DNA of 64,000 bases from an uncultured virus (IMG/VR IMGVR_UViG_3300002498_000029) (IMGVR_UViG_3300002498_000029), one strand, 5' to 3'; positions 45,984-59,381 are shown, counted from the stretch's first letter. Numbers and translations: made by a program. The notes: generated by a model from the sequence alone, not told the origin.

Positions 45984-46310
45984 ATGAAAAAGATTATAAT
46001 GCTCATAGTAATAATTTTACTATTAATAATAGGTTGTTCAAATACAACAAAAGTTAATGATAATTATTCATTTTATCCAAATCCATGTTAGGATGTATTA
46101 ACTATAAATATTTATCCAGATATACCATTAAGTTATAATGTAAAAGTACATAGTATTAATGGATAGATTGTTCTTAATCAAACTTTTATTAATACAATAG
46201 CAACTAGTACTTTAATTATTGATGTAAGTAATTTTAGTTCTGGAATATATATTATGAATTTATTATATGATAATACTTAGATTAAGTTTAAATTTACTGT
46301 AAGTAGGTAA
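45984..46310 (+). CDS. Lipoprotein consisting almost solely of a T9SS (Por) type-A C-terminal sorting domain
   Basis: Signal peptide with IIGC lipobox; FYPNP..VLTI..VKVHSINGEIV..IIDVSNFSSGIYIM. Confidence 0.7.
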
Positions 46311-47733
46311 CTATGTTAAATATTACTGATATTAAAAGAGAAGATACAGGTATATATAGTTTTTTACTAGATAATAAAGAAATGTTACTATAGATATTTC
46401 AAGATAAACCCGGATATGGAGTGTTGGAATATAATGACGTGGTTGGTGGGTTTTAGAAAGTTGTTGATGAATAGTTAACAAGTCAAATTTATTCATATAT
46501 TGATAGTAAAAGGTATATAGTATAACTTAATTGAAGAGTACACAATGTCATAGTATCAGAAGGTAATAGAATATTTTAACAGTGATAATGCAGATGGTGA
46601 TGGGTTCTACTTAGATACTGATTAGTTCTTTTTAGATATGGATGAATACGTAGATGAACATGGAGTAAATTATTATTGTATTCATGCAGAAGATAAGAGG
46701 AAGCATATTAATACTGTATTAGACATTTATAACGAAGATACAGTTTATATTCGTAGTTCAGTTGGTCATTTATTACTTGATTAGAATAGATTGCATTTTA
46801 TATTTAAAATAATAAATACTAAGATAGAATAGATGAGAATTTCAATGCTAAAGAACATATAGATATATATGAATAGTTAAGAATTAAGAGGTTAGAAGAT
46901 TCATAGGTATTTATAAATAAAGTAAAAAGGAATAATAATGTATAAGATACAAACTAATCCAGTTAATATCATAATTGATTATGATTTAAACAAGCTTGGA
47001 GAAATGGCAGTAGCAAATGTAATACAGCAATTCTTTTATTAGACTACATCAAAAGAAACAATACAAAAAATTGAAGCAAGTTTATTTTAGGTATTTAATA
47101 TAAAATTTAATGTAGAAATAATAGATAGTTATAATATTAAAATATCAGAAAAATAGTATGAAATAGACAATAAAAGTTAAATTATCAAAATCTCCAACTT
47201 AGTTATATTGTAAAAGATGTAGGTGAATAACTTGTGTATAGGATAATATTGGATTTGGGTATGATGATATTTACTATTGTAATCTGTATGATGAATTTGT
47301 AAGTAACCACTATAAATAGGCTAGACGAGTAGATAAATGTATAAAATCATAGTTTACTGAAAATAATAAAAGATATGTAAAAGCAAATATTGACGGTGAG
47401 TATGATACTTGTGGAAATTGCTTATTACAGTACTATAATTCATTATAGCGTGGATATAGAATATGTCCAGTATTTAATAAACCAATACAATTTGAATAGG
47501 GATTAAATACATAGGGTGATGACATCTATGAGTTACACTATCGTTGTAAAAGCTGTCTTAATGCAACAATATAGAATAAGGAATAAAATGAAATTAAGTA
47601 ATGACATAATAACTAAAAGATTAATTCCAAATGATTAGTATGATGGTGGATATTGGTATGATACTCAAATAAGTGAACAGAATTGGAGAGATTTTAAACT
47701 AGGAGATATGAAATAAATGAAAGAAGAAATAAT

Positions 47734-48267
47734 ATGGATTTAACAAAAGTAACAATAAAGACACTTAGAGATGCACTACCTATTGGAATAGATGATACAC
47801 CACTATATTTTTCAGTGCATTCAAAAAAAGATTCTTATTTTCCAGAAGGTTCGCATATACCACATTGTAGAAATAAATAGATAAAAGAAATTAGTACTAC
47901 CATTCATCCAAATAATGATAGGTTTGGAATATATATTACAGTAGAAGATCCCAAAAAAAAGTTTAATGTGATAGCCTTGTGTGGTTCAACTAAATTTAAA
48001 GATTAGTTTACTAAATATCAAAAAGAATTAACACTCAAGGGGAATGTAGTAATATCTGTTGGATTGTTTGGCCATAGTGGTGATGTATAGGCTTGGCAGC
48101 AAGATGGTAAAGTAAAATAGATGCTGGATGAAATACATTTCCAAAAAATAGAAATGGCTGATTAGATATTTGTTATAAACAAAGATGGGTATATAGGGTA
48201 GTCAACTAAGAAATAGATTGAATATGCTTAGAAGTTAAATAAAAAACTTACATATATGGAGAATTAA
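47734..48267 (+). CDS. Nucleoside 2-deoxyribosyltransferase-like (LCGSTxF family) protein (recoded)
   Basis: ALCGSTKFKDEF...GLFGHSGD...KIEMADEIFVINKDGYIGESTKKEIEYA; conserved Glu residues on TAG. Confidence 0.7.
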
Positions 48268-49993
48268 CATGGCCATACTGCCAACCTAGCAAGAAATGTA
48301 GAGAATGAAAGTTTAGTAGTAGAAATATAGAGAAAAACGTAAAAAAAGACTATCATAGATTTCACAATAGATATTTACGCGAATAGGATTATATGATTTA
48401 AAAAGACCAACGCTAGACATTATAGCTATTACAATGGTTATGATGGCAGGATAGCTAGCATAGCTTACTCTTAAGTATGAATAGTTATTATAGACTATAA
48501 ATTCTGTACGTTTAAAAAATATGGTGTTTTAAGATTGGAGATACATAATGAAAAATATTGAATGGTTTGGTAAATTACATTTATATTGTGCTATTAATGG
48601 TTATATAGACGGTATGAACAAGTGTTATCCTGGATTTAAAGATTATTACTTCAGATGTTCAGCTATTGGAGAGTAGTTTTTACAGCGTATTATTTTTACA
48701 AATTTTGATGATTGGTATGAAAAAATGATAAAAACAATTGATATTAAACTTTTGATGTATCTTCAATAGAATAAATCTATATAATGATTAAATAATGTTT
48801 AAAAGATTTAATAAAGATAATTTACCAAAATTCGATGAATAGATTATAATGGTAACAAATTAGTTTGGATATTGGCCATGACAGTTAGTTGCGGATAGTA
48901 TATTATACCAGGGTTTTATTGAAAAAGAGAAAAAATATAGACTTATAAAGCCTGATAATAGTGTGCGCCATATAACTTATGAGTAGTTAACAAAATTTGT
49001 ATGGATGAATAAAACATAGTTTGTAGACACAATAATGAATTAGGTTAAGTAGACATAGGCTAAAGATTTTACATATGGTCAAATGAATGCTGATGAACAA
49101 CTAACACAAAGATAGCAAGATTTTAAACCAGGAGATATGAAATAATGTTTAAAAGATTAAATAAAGACAATTTACCAGCATATGGTGATTATATATTAGT
49201 AGTATCTAATATGTATTCACATAAATCAATTGCAGAAACTGTTATGTATGGTGGCTTTGACGATAAAGTCAATGAACATATATTTATATAGGATGATGGT
49301 GGGTATTGGTATATGAATGAAGAATAGATGTCTAAGTTTCTTTGGATAAATAATAAGTAGTTTGTATATACAGTATTTGATTAGTTTAATAGTAAAAGTT
49401 TAACATGTGTATATGATTCTGCATTGTATAAGTCTTAGAAAGAAATATATGATACTAAAATAAGTGAACAAAATTGGAGAGAGTTTAAACCAGGAGATAT
49501 GAAATAATGTTTAACGAATTTTTATGTATAGATAAAAGTATTTCAAAAAATAAAGCATTTAACTTATCATTAATTCTTGAAACAGATTAGTTAAAGGTCG
49601 GATTTGGTATATTTCGTGAATCTAAAAAAGATCATGCAAAAATTGGATTTTATATACATTTAATACTTATTGAAATAAAAATATACATTTATGATAAACG
49701 GCCTTGGAATTATGAAGAAAATAGATGGAATAGAGATGATGACTACTATTGCACAGTTACACTGTAATAAAAATGGAGACAAATAAATGAAAATACCAAA
49801 TAAAATACTAACACCATTAGCAATAATAATATTATCATTAGCGATAGGTGCCTTGATGTTAGCACTTGTATCTCAAATTGGTTGGATTTCCATTGGAGTA
49901 GTGTTTGGATCAGGTATATTACTTTGGGCAATATCGCATTTAGCTGGTGTATGCGCTGATCGGGATTCTGATAATAAAAAAGGTGTAAAATAA

Positions 49994-51466
49994 ATGGAAG
50001 ATATAAATGGGAGCATTTTTATGAAAGGTAGACAATGCGGAATGTCAAATTTAGCAAAATAGATGATGGATTTAATGCAATAGCAAAAGAAAATAACAGA
50101 CTAGTTACATAAGTTTTATGAATAGAAAAAAAGAGAGTATGATTTACTTGGATATAATGTATAGATAGTTGAGCCAAGTGATTGTACTAAATTACCAGAA
50201 TTAAAATTAGTTAAAAGAATATAGAAAGAATAGATGGAGTTAAGAAGCGAATGTATTGGAAAGTTTATTAGCTAGTATAATTAGCCTAATATGCTTATTT
50301 CATGTAATATTGATAAATTTATAGATGCATTAAAACAAAATGGTATTGATATCTCATTTACTAGACGATTGTAGACAGACGGTTGGTGGTGCAAAACTCA
50401 AACATATAACATAACAGATATTGATGAATGTATACAAAAATTAAAAGATACTGGTAAATGTGATGAAGTTTCTATCTACCAGTTTATGGCAAAATTAGAT
50501 GAAAATGGTAAATTACAAGTATATGTAAGAATGCAAGCAAAATCAGATTATCCGCAATTAACAAGCATGGTTAATAACTATATTGATGAATATGAAAAAG
50601 CATTCAAAGTCAATAGAGCTGAAGTTCATTAGACATATAAGAAATTTATAGATATATTAAAGCATAATAATATTGAAGTTGCGTTTATAGAAAAATATCA
50701 ATCCTTATCTCGTCTTATAGATGGTAATCCAATTGAGATTGCATATAGTCCATATATAACAACTATGCACGAAATAAATGAAGTAGTTAAGTATTTATTA
50801 AGTGAAAATGTTTATAAAATTTAGATAAATAGAGTTCATTTGTGTAGACAACAATTTGCTGATGAATATTGTAGACCAAGTGATAGGTGGGGCGATGCAT
50901 GTCAAATTAGATTTTTTAGGCATTATAAATTAAAATTAAAGAAAGATACTACACAAGAAGATATTGATGATATTGCTACAATAACTCATACATAGTCTAA
51001 ATACAAAACAAGTAAAGAGTGGTATGATGATATGAAAATAGCGATGGATTTGATTTCAAATACACTAAAAGATAAATTTTGGGATATTAAAGTAGATGAT
51101 GAAGTAGAAGTTGATTTTGGTGATAAATTTGGTGGAAAACTTATACTTAAAGTTTCTGAAATAGTTAACAGTCTATGGTTTACAGTTATGTATGGTGAAA
51201 AAAGAGTTTTATTCAGTATAAAAACAGGTGAGTATCTTTGGTCATATGCTAATTTATAGGAAAATTAGTAGTTTACAAAATGGGCGCAAAAATGGAAAGC
51301 TTTAAGAATAAGAAATCGTAAACTAAATTCTGCTAATTGGGTTAAGATGAGTAAAGATTGTTCAGATTTTGTATAGCAAATTGCAAAATAGAAAAACATG
51401 ACTGTTCAATAGGTAGTATCTAAATTCTTAGGTACAGAAACTGAAGTTATGAAGACAAAGGAATAA
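49994..51466 (+). CDS. Large hypothetical protein (recoded)
   Basis: About 490 codons open to TAA; contains track ORF 51032-51259. Confidence 0.6.
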
Positions 51467-52634
51467 CTATGAAAGTAGAAGAACTATAGGCTTAGAACTT
51501 AAGATTAACCAATACTATACTTGCTATGATTAGTAATATTGAATAGATGACTATTGGTGTAGGACTACCTAATATGTTTTTAGTGTGGAAAAATGGTGAA
51601 GTATTTCGTTAGCCACCAGATAGAGCTGAATCATTTTATAGAGCTATAGAAGATAAGTGGAAAAGAGATTTCAAATCTTTAATACAAATGAGAGAAAATG
51701 AAATACAATCTGGAATAAATAGAGGTATAGAAAGGTTCGGACATTATATTGATGATAAAAATAAAAGAATACAAGAGTTATAGTAGGAGCTGGGATTTAT
51801 CAAAACACCTATATTCCAACTAAATAAGAAAATTTCAACTGACCATACAGTGTAGTTAGTGGATAATATGTATTATATTTATACCGCAGATACTTATCAA
51901 AGAACAATTGATGGTTATAACCATTTTGGTAAATTACAATTATCAGTTGTTGCTTATGATACTAATACGTATAAAATTATGAAAAATAAATACAACACTG
52001 TTGATAAGCTAAAGTGTTATAATTATGACCCTATTACAAATAAGTTTAGTGAGAAAGACGACACAGAAATAGTAGCTTAAGAATAAATAGAAGGAAATAA
52101 TGGTTAAAAAATACAAAACAAAGTCATACATAATATAGGCAATTCAATTTGTAGGCAATAATGATAAATAGTGTTTATAGTTTTGCCCAAAAGGTAGAGA
52201 CCCAAATGATATTAAAGCTAATTTAATAATTCCAACATTGACTGGAGAAGTATTATGTTCTGTTGGAGATTATATTGTAAAACCCTTTTTACTAAGAGAA
52301 TTATAGTGTTGTGTGGTATATACTTAGAGTGAATTTAATATGACTTTTGAATAGGTAGTATAGGAATTAAATTAGAATATTATAAATTATGAAAAATAGA
52401 CTGATTATTCACATCTAAATATTGCATATATTAAATCTTAGAATTATGATAAATTAGGAGGTGATTTATATTCATTCATTTCAAATGGAAAATAGATGTT
52501 AATATAGGTGTATAAAGGAAATAACTGCTTATAGTATTAGGTTATGGAATATAATAATACTGTGGGTGTATATAAAAAACTTATAGATTAGGAATTAAGT
52601 AAGTAGATATTTAGATATTTTAGAAATAAAATAC

Positions 52635-53993
52635 TTAAAGTATAAAAGACTAGGTAAAACTATATAATTTTACCATACTTCTTTTATTCTTTAATCTAAA
52701 AACTTTAAATAAGTCACACTCACTTAAAGAAACTCTATATTTCACTTTAGAATTTTTTAGGTAGTTATGAAGATCTCTTCAAATGCTTTTAACAGTATCT
52801 TCATTTAGAACTTCATCCTATTTAGTAATCTTAGAATCTAAATATTTCTTCCATTGATCTCTAAATTCTTTTTTAACTATTAAATTTGGATAAAATTTCT
52901 TTTCTTTTTTAATATAGCAATTATATCCACGTCTTGCTATTTCTATAGCAGAGTTGCATGGATCAAATAAATTATACTTTACATTTCCTATGGTTGAACT
53001 GTAAGCACCATTAATGAAGGCTAATTTAATTCCATAAGAATTACATCGTTTTTGAATGTTGTTAGTAAATTTGTTTCTTTTTCAAAGGTTTTGACATAAT
53101 CTATTTAAGCCTTTGTATTTAAATTTAAGTGACTTAGTAAAATCTAGGGACTCCATAAATATATTAGAAACTTTGTATTTTAAACATGTGTTAACAATAT
53201 CTTTAGTTATTTCAATAGTTTCATGATTAAATTTATTATTTAAATACTTGTTAGTTTTGGATGAAGACTATTCTTTAGTCTATTTTACTTTAGTTATAAT
53301 TTCACCAATATCATAAGTTTTAGAATATATTACTTTACTACCTTTGATTATTGAATACCCAATAAATTGGGGATTCAAATCAATTCCCATATAAATATTT
53401 TTATTTAGCTTTATAGGTTGTTTTTCATACTAAAATGTAATATAAATAAAGTTATTATCAATAGCTATTTGAAAAGCAAGAGATTTATCTTTCGATTGTT
53501 GCTATAAATAAAGTAATTGCTTTTTAATATTTTTATGCAGTTTAGGTAATTGTAATTTAATTTTTCTTTTTAAATACGGTTTAAAGATTATATTACTATT
53601 GTCAATGTCTAAGTTAAACTTTCTATTACCATGGTGTGGAGCCTAACCAACTACATATAATGGCTAAATTCTTTTCTATCTATACTATTCTTTTGTAATT
53701 TTACCTTGTAGTCTTTTGAGATAATTATACTTACCACTAAAGATAACTTTTTTATCTGGATTAGATTTATATAAATACTGAGCTTTTTTAATACCAGATT
53801 GTATAAACCAGCTATCTAAATTATTTATATTATTTAAATTTTTAACTAACAACCTTATCTATTTCTAAGATAATTTATCTTTAAATCTATTATAAGAAAA
53901 CCTAATTACATTAGATTGTTGTTTTCTTAACAACAATATATAATCTATATCTTCTTTGTTATTAATAATATAAGGTAGTTTTATAGTATTCAA
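52635..53993 (-). CDS. tnpB: TnpB-related RuvC endonuclease, second and divergent family (recoded)
   Basis: MNTIKLPY..VIRFSYNR, VGEAPHHGNRKF, MGIDLNP, IFMESL, NGAYSSTIGN, DPCNSAIEIARRG. Confidence 0.78.
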
Positions 53994-53995
53994 AA

Positions 53996-54199
53996 TTATT
54001 TAGTTAATGTCCAATGTTTAATGTTTTTATTATTGTCACCTATAAACTAAAATATTTTTTGAATTTGCTACTAAGAATAGATTCTGTATCCAGACGGTAA
54101 TCGACTCTACAAAATAAGTCCCTAATCAGCTCATTTTTTAAGATGATAATAAGATAGATTAGTTAATTGCATGACCTAAGAAATTTTGTAATATTTCAT
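53996..54199 (-). CDS. MerR-type HTH protein, paralog of 2329-2523
   Basis: MKYYKISEVMQLTNLSYYHLKKWADEGLILESRLPSGYRIYSEEQIQKI. Confidence 0.78.
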
Positions 54200-54621
54200 A
54201 ATGATTTATTCCTTTTAATATGTTTTATAATAATATATATGGAGTAAAAATGAAAAAGCAAAAATATTTTCAAGTACTGGTAATAAATTTAGTAAGTAGT
54301 GATATAATATAAATAGTTAAAGAAGATTATATTGTTTTTAATTATAATATATTAAATGAAGATAATATATAAATTTATTTAAAAGAAAGAAAAAAGGTTA
54401 TATAAATAAGGAAACTGGATTCTACTACACAATAGTAGAGAATACTCCATAGAATGCATTATAGTATAAATGGAATAACATAGGATTATTAGATTGAATA
54501 ATATAGCCAAATAAAAGAAAATAGGCTGCATAGAGGTTATAGAAACAGTCAATCGCTATGACATAGTGGTGTATAAAAAATAGTATATATAAAAAAACAA
54601 AAATAACAGGAGGAAATTAAG

Positions 54622-55041
54622 ATGATTTACAACACAACCACATGAGAAGCTCTATCAAAAGATAGATTTGTAGTATAGGTATTACACAACAATAAATCTG
54701 TAGTAGATAGTTTTTTAATAAACAAAATAAGCTTCGGTATAAATAGAATGGCTTCTACAGATAGTATACACTTAAGAGTATATAATACAAAATAGTTTGA
54801 TATTAGTAAATTATTAAAAAAAGATTTTGTGATTAAATATAAAGTATTAGATAAAACTGGTGCGACTATTCATAAATACTTATTTGAAGTACTACAATTA
54901 TAGATATCAACAGATATGGAATGGGCAAGTGTACCAAATATGAATATTGATGATAATATTGCATATATTTATTTATTTGGTATAGTATAGAAATTTGAAG
55001 AGTAGATAGTAGATAAAATAATGGCTAAAGAAGATGAATAA
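54622..55041 (+). CDS. Hypothetical protein with weak tail-tube (gp19)-like pattern (recoded)
   Basis: KDRFVVE..KVLDKTGATIHKYLF..DMEW; AGGAGG RBS. Confidence 0.35.
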
Positions 55042-55883
55042 AATATCAAAAGAATAGATTAGTCGAAGACTTTATATAATTACAAGAATATATTAGCATC
55101 CAGAATAGTTAAAATATCTTAAAAAACTTATGATATATACTGATATAGAACGGAGATGAACTATTTCTGGCTTATTATAGGGTGTATAGGATTAGAAACA
55201 GAAATAGAAACTAATAAAACAATTATAGCTATAGGCGAATAGTGTTATTAAATTTTACTAGGAACAAAATAATGAATAAGAAAATAAAATATATTAATTC
55301 ATTTTATGATGTTGATATATCAGATACTAGAATTTAGACATTGTATGCACCATTACATCTATAGTCATTAAGTTATGGCCCAGATAGTGGTAATGCTAAT
55401 GATTGAAATGTTAGATAGGGTCATAATGTTCAACATATATTTATGAAAAATATTTAGTATACAGATCAATATCATAATGTAGCTAAATTTGTTTGTGGTT
55501 CAGAATATGTTAAAAAGATAATAGATAAGATTACTGAATTTTGTAATAGTGATTAGAAAATCTTTGATTTAACATTATTTCCATATGAAGATCCAGATGT
55601 ACCTATGCATGGTCCAAATTTAAATTATAATCCTGATTGGTGAAGAGGCCCCTGCTATAATAAAAATAAATAGTTATCACAAGACTAGTTAAATATAAAA
55701 TTAAGAGATTTTTAGTTTGCTAAAGAATATTATGGTACTTCGGTTCTGTATAAATGTACTTGTGAATATTGTAATGGAATGTTTTCTAAAATGGCATCGT
55801 CAACTATTCCACCAACATCAGATGATATTTAGATAAAGTATAGTGAAGTATATTATAAAGATATAATGCATAAGGAGAATTAA

Positions 55884-56582
55884 ATGCAAGACTTACCAAC
55901 ACTAAATAATGCACCATAGCAATATATTTAGTATATAAACAATACCTATAATAGAATTGATCCTAAATTAGGTAAAGTAAAAGTTAACTTATACTAGCAT
56001 CAAAAATATTTAATTAAATATATCTTAACACAAAATTGTTTAATTATGCAATCTAGGCAATTAGGTATAAGTAGTATGTATGCCTGGTTATATAGTAGTA
56101 TAGCTAAATTATAGCCAAATACTAGTATACTTATAGTAACAAATAATATAGATCAATCATAGAGAATAATAGACTTAATAAGACTTAATATTAATAGAAA
56201 TGAAATTAAAGGAAATACTAAAACATCAATAGTGTTGTATAATAATTCTGTAATATGGTCAAGATCATATAGCCAATTAGATGAAAATAGCTTTAGTAAT
56301 AGTAATTATATTTTGCTAGATGTTATATAGATTAAATAGTTATAGTAGATATTTAAAAAGTTAACTATAAATAAAGATACTAAACTATCAATTACATTTA
56401 ATGGTATTAAAGATTGAAATAAATATCCATTGTTTAAATAGTTATGGACTAAGGGATTAATGGAACAAGTTAATATAAAATCTATTTATCTTCCATGGTA
56501 TGTATGTAATAGGTAGATAAATGTTTAGAATTTTAAAGCTATGTATGGTAACTAGAATTTTTATTTATAGTATTTAGTTTAA
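55884..56582 (+). CDS. Short, degenerate terminase large-subunit ATPase-like protein (recoded)
   Basis: DPKLGKVKVNLYEHQ, QSRQLGISS, LPWY, FYLEY; only 232 aa and no nuclease domain. Confidence 0.55.
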
Positions 56583-56598
56583 AGATATTAAAAATAAT

Positions 56599-56628
56599 TG
56601 TGATAAATTTAGTAAGTAGTGATATAAT
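56599..56628 (+). promoter_or_regulatory. Phage promoter TGTGATA-N17-TATAAT
   Basis: Repeated motif, upstream of metK. Confidence 0.75.
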
Positions 56629-56646
56629 ATAAATAAGAGGAAATAA

Positions 56647-57633
56647 ATGTTAAGAACTGCAGAATTTGTAACTCCAATGCATCCTGATAAAATTTGTGAC
56701 AGAATAGCAGATGCAATATTAGATTAGTGTTTAAAACAAGATAAATAGTCTAGATGTGCTATTGAAGTAATGGGTGGTCATGGTATTATAACTGTTACTG
56801 GATAGATAACTACAAATGCGTATGTTAATATTCAATAGGTAGTTAAAGAAGTATATGGTAAATAGATTGGAGTGCAAGTAAATATAGTAAAACAATCTAA
56901 TTTTATATCTCAAGGCGTAGATATTGGTGGAGCGGGTGATCAAGGAATAATGATTGGGTATGCTTGTAATTAGAATAGTTAGATGGTACCACAAGAATAT
57001 TATATGGCAAGAGATCTATGTAAATATTTATTCAAAAAATATCCATATGATGGTAAAACACAAATCACTATAAATTAGAATGATGAAATTGTATGTGCCA
57101 TAGCTAGCTTCCAGAATGCAAATAAGTTTATGTTGGAAGATGAGATAAAAATATGGGCAACTACAAGTGGATTCGAATTTGCACAATTATTCGACATTAA
57201 ATGTAATCCTGCTGGAGATTGGACTCAAGGTGGATTTGATGCTGATACTGGTGTTACTGGTAGAAAGATTGTCGTAGATGCATATGGACCAAGAGTGCCG
57301 GTTGGTGGCGGATGTTACAGCTCGAAAGACAAAAGTAAAGTGGATAGATCCGCCGCTTATATGGCAAGATATATTGCAAAACAATTATGCAGAGAATATA
57401 AAGCTGATTAGGTAATGGTAAAGTTAGCATATGCTATTGGATATAATCAACCATTAGAAGTTAGTGCATATTTCAACAATAAATATGATGATGATTTATC
57501 TAGTGCAATAAAATAGAACTATGACTTATCACCTAAGGGTATTATAGAATTTTTAAACCTTAAATAGTTTACTGAATATAGTAAGACTGCTGAATGGGGA
57601 CATTATGGTAATGGATTTAATTGGGACAAATAA
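56647..57633 (+). CDS. metK: S-adenosylmethionine synthetase (recoded)
   Basis: [44 protein letters not shown]. Confidence 0.92.
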
Positions 57634-57644
57634 GGAGTAATATA

Positions 57645-57776
57645 ATGAAAAATTATCATAATAAAAAATTAACATTAGTACTAGGTGGTGGTGGCTTTAT
57701 TGGTGGTCGCATGGTAAAGAAATTAAAACAATAGGGTTTTTGAGTAAGAATAGTAGACATAAAAAATATATGGTAA
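57645..57776 (+). pseudogene. N-terminal remnant of an NAD-dependent epimerase
   Basis: LVLGGGGFIGGRMVKKLKQEGFWVRIVDIK, then TAA; the rest is absent. Confidence 0.6.
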
Positions 57777-58516
57777 AAACATTAGTTTTTATAATAAACT
57801 ATAATATGGCAGAAATGACAAATAACCTATATGAATAGTTAGATAAATATAAAAAAAATGATTATGATATTCTTGTTTTAGATAATCATTCATCTAAAGA
57901 AATAAGCAAATATACTAATTTACAAACATAGTATAATTGTTTTTATGGTGGTGCATTAAATTTAATATTAGATTATTTCAAAAACACTTCATCATAGCAA
58001 TATGATAGTTTAATGGTGTTTAACAATGATATTATATTGCATGGAAATAATTTTATAAAAACGTTGAAAGATATATCAGTCGAACATAATATATGTATAT
58101 TGAGTCCATGTGTTTTACAACCTGAAAAAGATCAATGTTATTGAAATACAATGAGATGTTATAATTCAATATAGCCTAGAATGGTTAAATGGGTTGATTT
58201 TCAGTCTCCATTTATTAATAGGAGATTTTTAAAATATTTAGATTGTTTTCCATAGTAGTTAATATATGGTTGAGGACAAGATATATTGACTGGAATAATA
58301 TGTTAGGAAAATGATGAGAAAATTGCTGTTATTGATAGGTGTCCTATTATACATATGTCATAGCTAACGTATAAAACAGGTAATAGCAATATTACTCACA
58401 ATGAATATCAAAGTAAAGCATATAGCAATATGATAAACTATTTTAATAATGTTAATAAACAATAGAAACTAAAATAGTATCGTTAGTATGCTAGGTAGTA
58501 TAAATATGAACAATAA
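57770..58516 (+). CDS. GT2-like glycosyltransferase (recoded)
   Basis: FIINYN, VLDNHS, FNNDI, YGWGQD. Confidence 0.7.
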
Positions 58517-59381
58517 AATATTACTACAAATTCATATTATGTGATATTAGTATTAGATGATTGAATAGGTTTTTAAATCTTTAACAGAAGCTATTTAGTA
58601 TTATTCTGAAATATTGGATAGATTATAGTTAAAGATTTGTCTTAATTTTCAAACATTTATTGAACAACCGATTGATGTTAGTTTATTGTATTATATAAGA
58701 TAGTGTGTAAAGTATATACCACAAAATATAAAATATGAAATAGTATAGAAACACAATGATATGTGTTTCTATAATATAGGTGATTGACGTCGATAGATAT
58801 ATAATGAAAACTATAAATATACGATATGATTATAGACAGATTGCTTAATACCATTATAGTTTTTTTATTTATTAGACAACATAAATGATGTAAAATATCC
58901 TCATGTTTTAACATTTGCATATCGTAAAATGTGAGATTATACATGAATTGGTGTATAGCATGATTATGTTAAAAAATATGAAAGTGTACATGAAGAAGAT
59001 AAATTAGTTGAGTTATTATATCCATGAAGGTATTATGATTATATATCTCAAATAGAATTAAACAATATTAATACGGATGTAATTAATTATAAAATTAAGT
59101 CTATAAATGAAATTAAATTTGATGGAAGTTTATTGTGTATATCAGGATTGTTTAAAAACAACTTTATACCCAAAAACCTTCATTTTATACATGAAGATAC
59201 TGCATTTATGATGTATTGTAGAAAGAATAATATTCAACAAATACACATTAGTAATATATTGAAGGGACACAATTATAAACACCCAAAAAAATATTTTAAT
59301 GTAAAATATAATAGAGAAAATGAAACATATAAATATTATGCAAAATAGAGTGAAAAAATTGTATATGGGAGAGAATTATAA
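58506..59381 (+). CDS. Putative GT-A glycosyltransferase (recoded)
   Basis: WLETDC (DxD-like), HEDT, GHNYKHP; cluster context. Confidence 0.5.

Larger units (their letters stand above)
44166..52645 (+). other. Array of roughly 25 tightly packed, mostly small hypothetical phage genes (recoded)
   Basis: Successive RBS-ATG...TAA units, often coupled, that open only with TAG=E and TGA=W. Confidence 0.65.
52635..54270 (-). mobile_element. Second HTH+TnpB element, the only clear minus-strand coding block
   Basis: Same architecture and shared upstream sequence as the element at 2256-3784. Confidence 0.65.
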
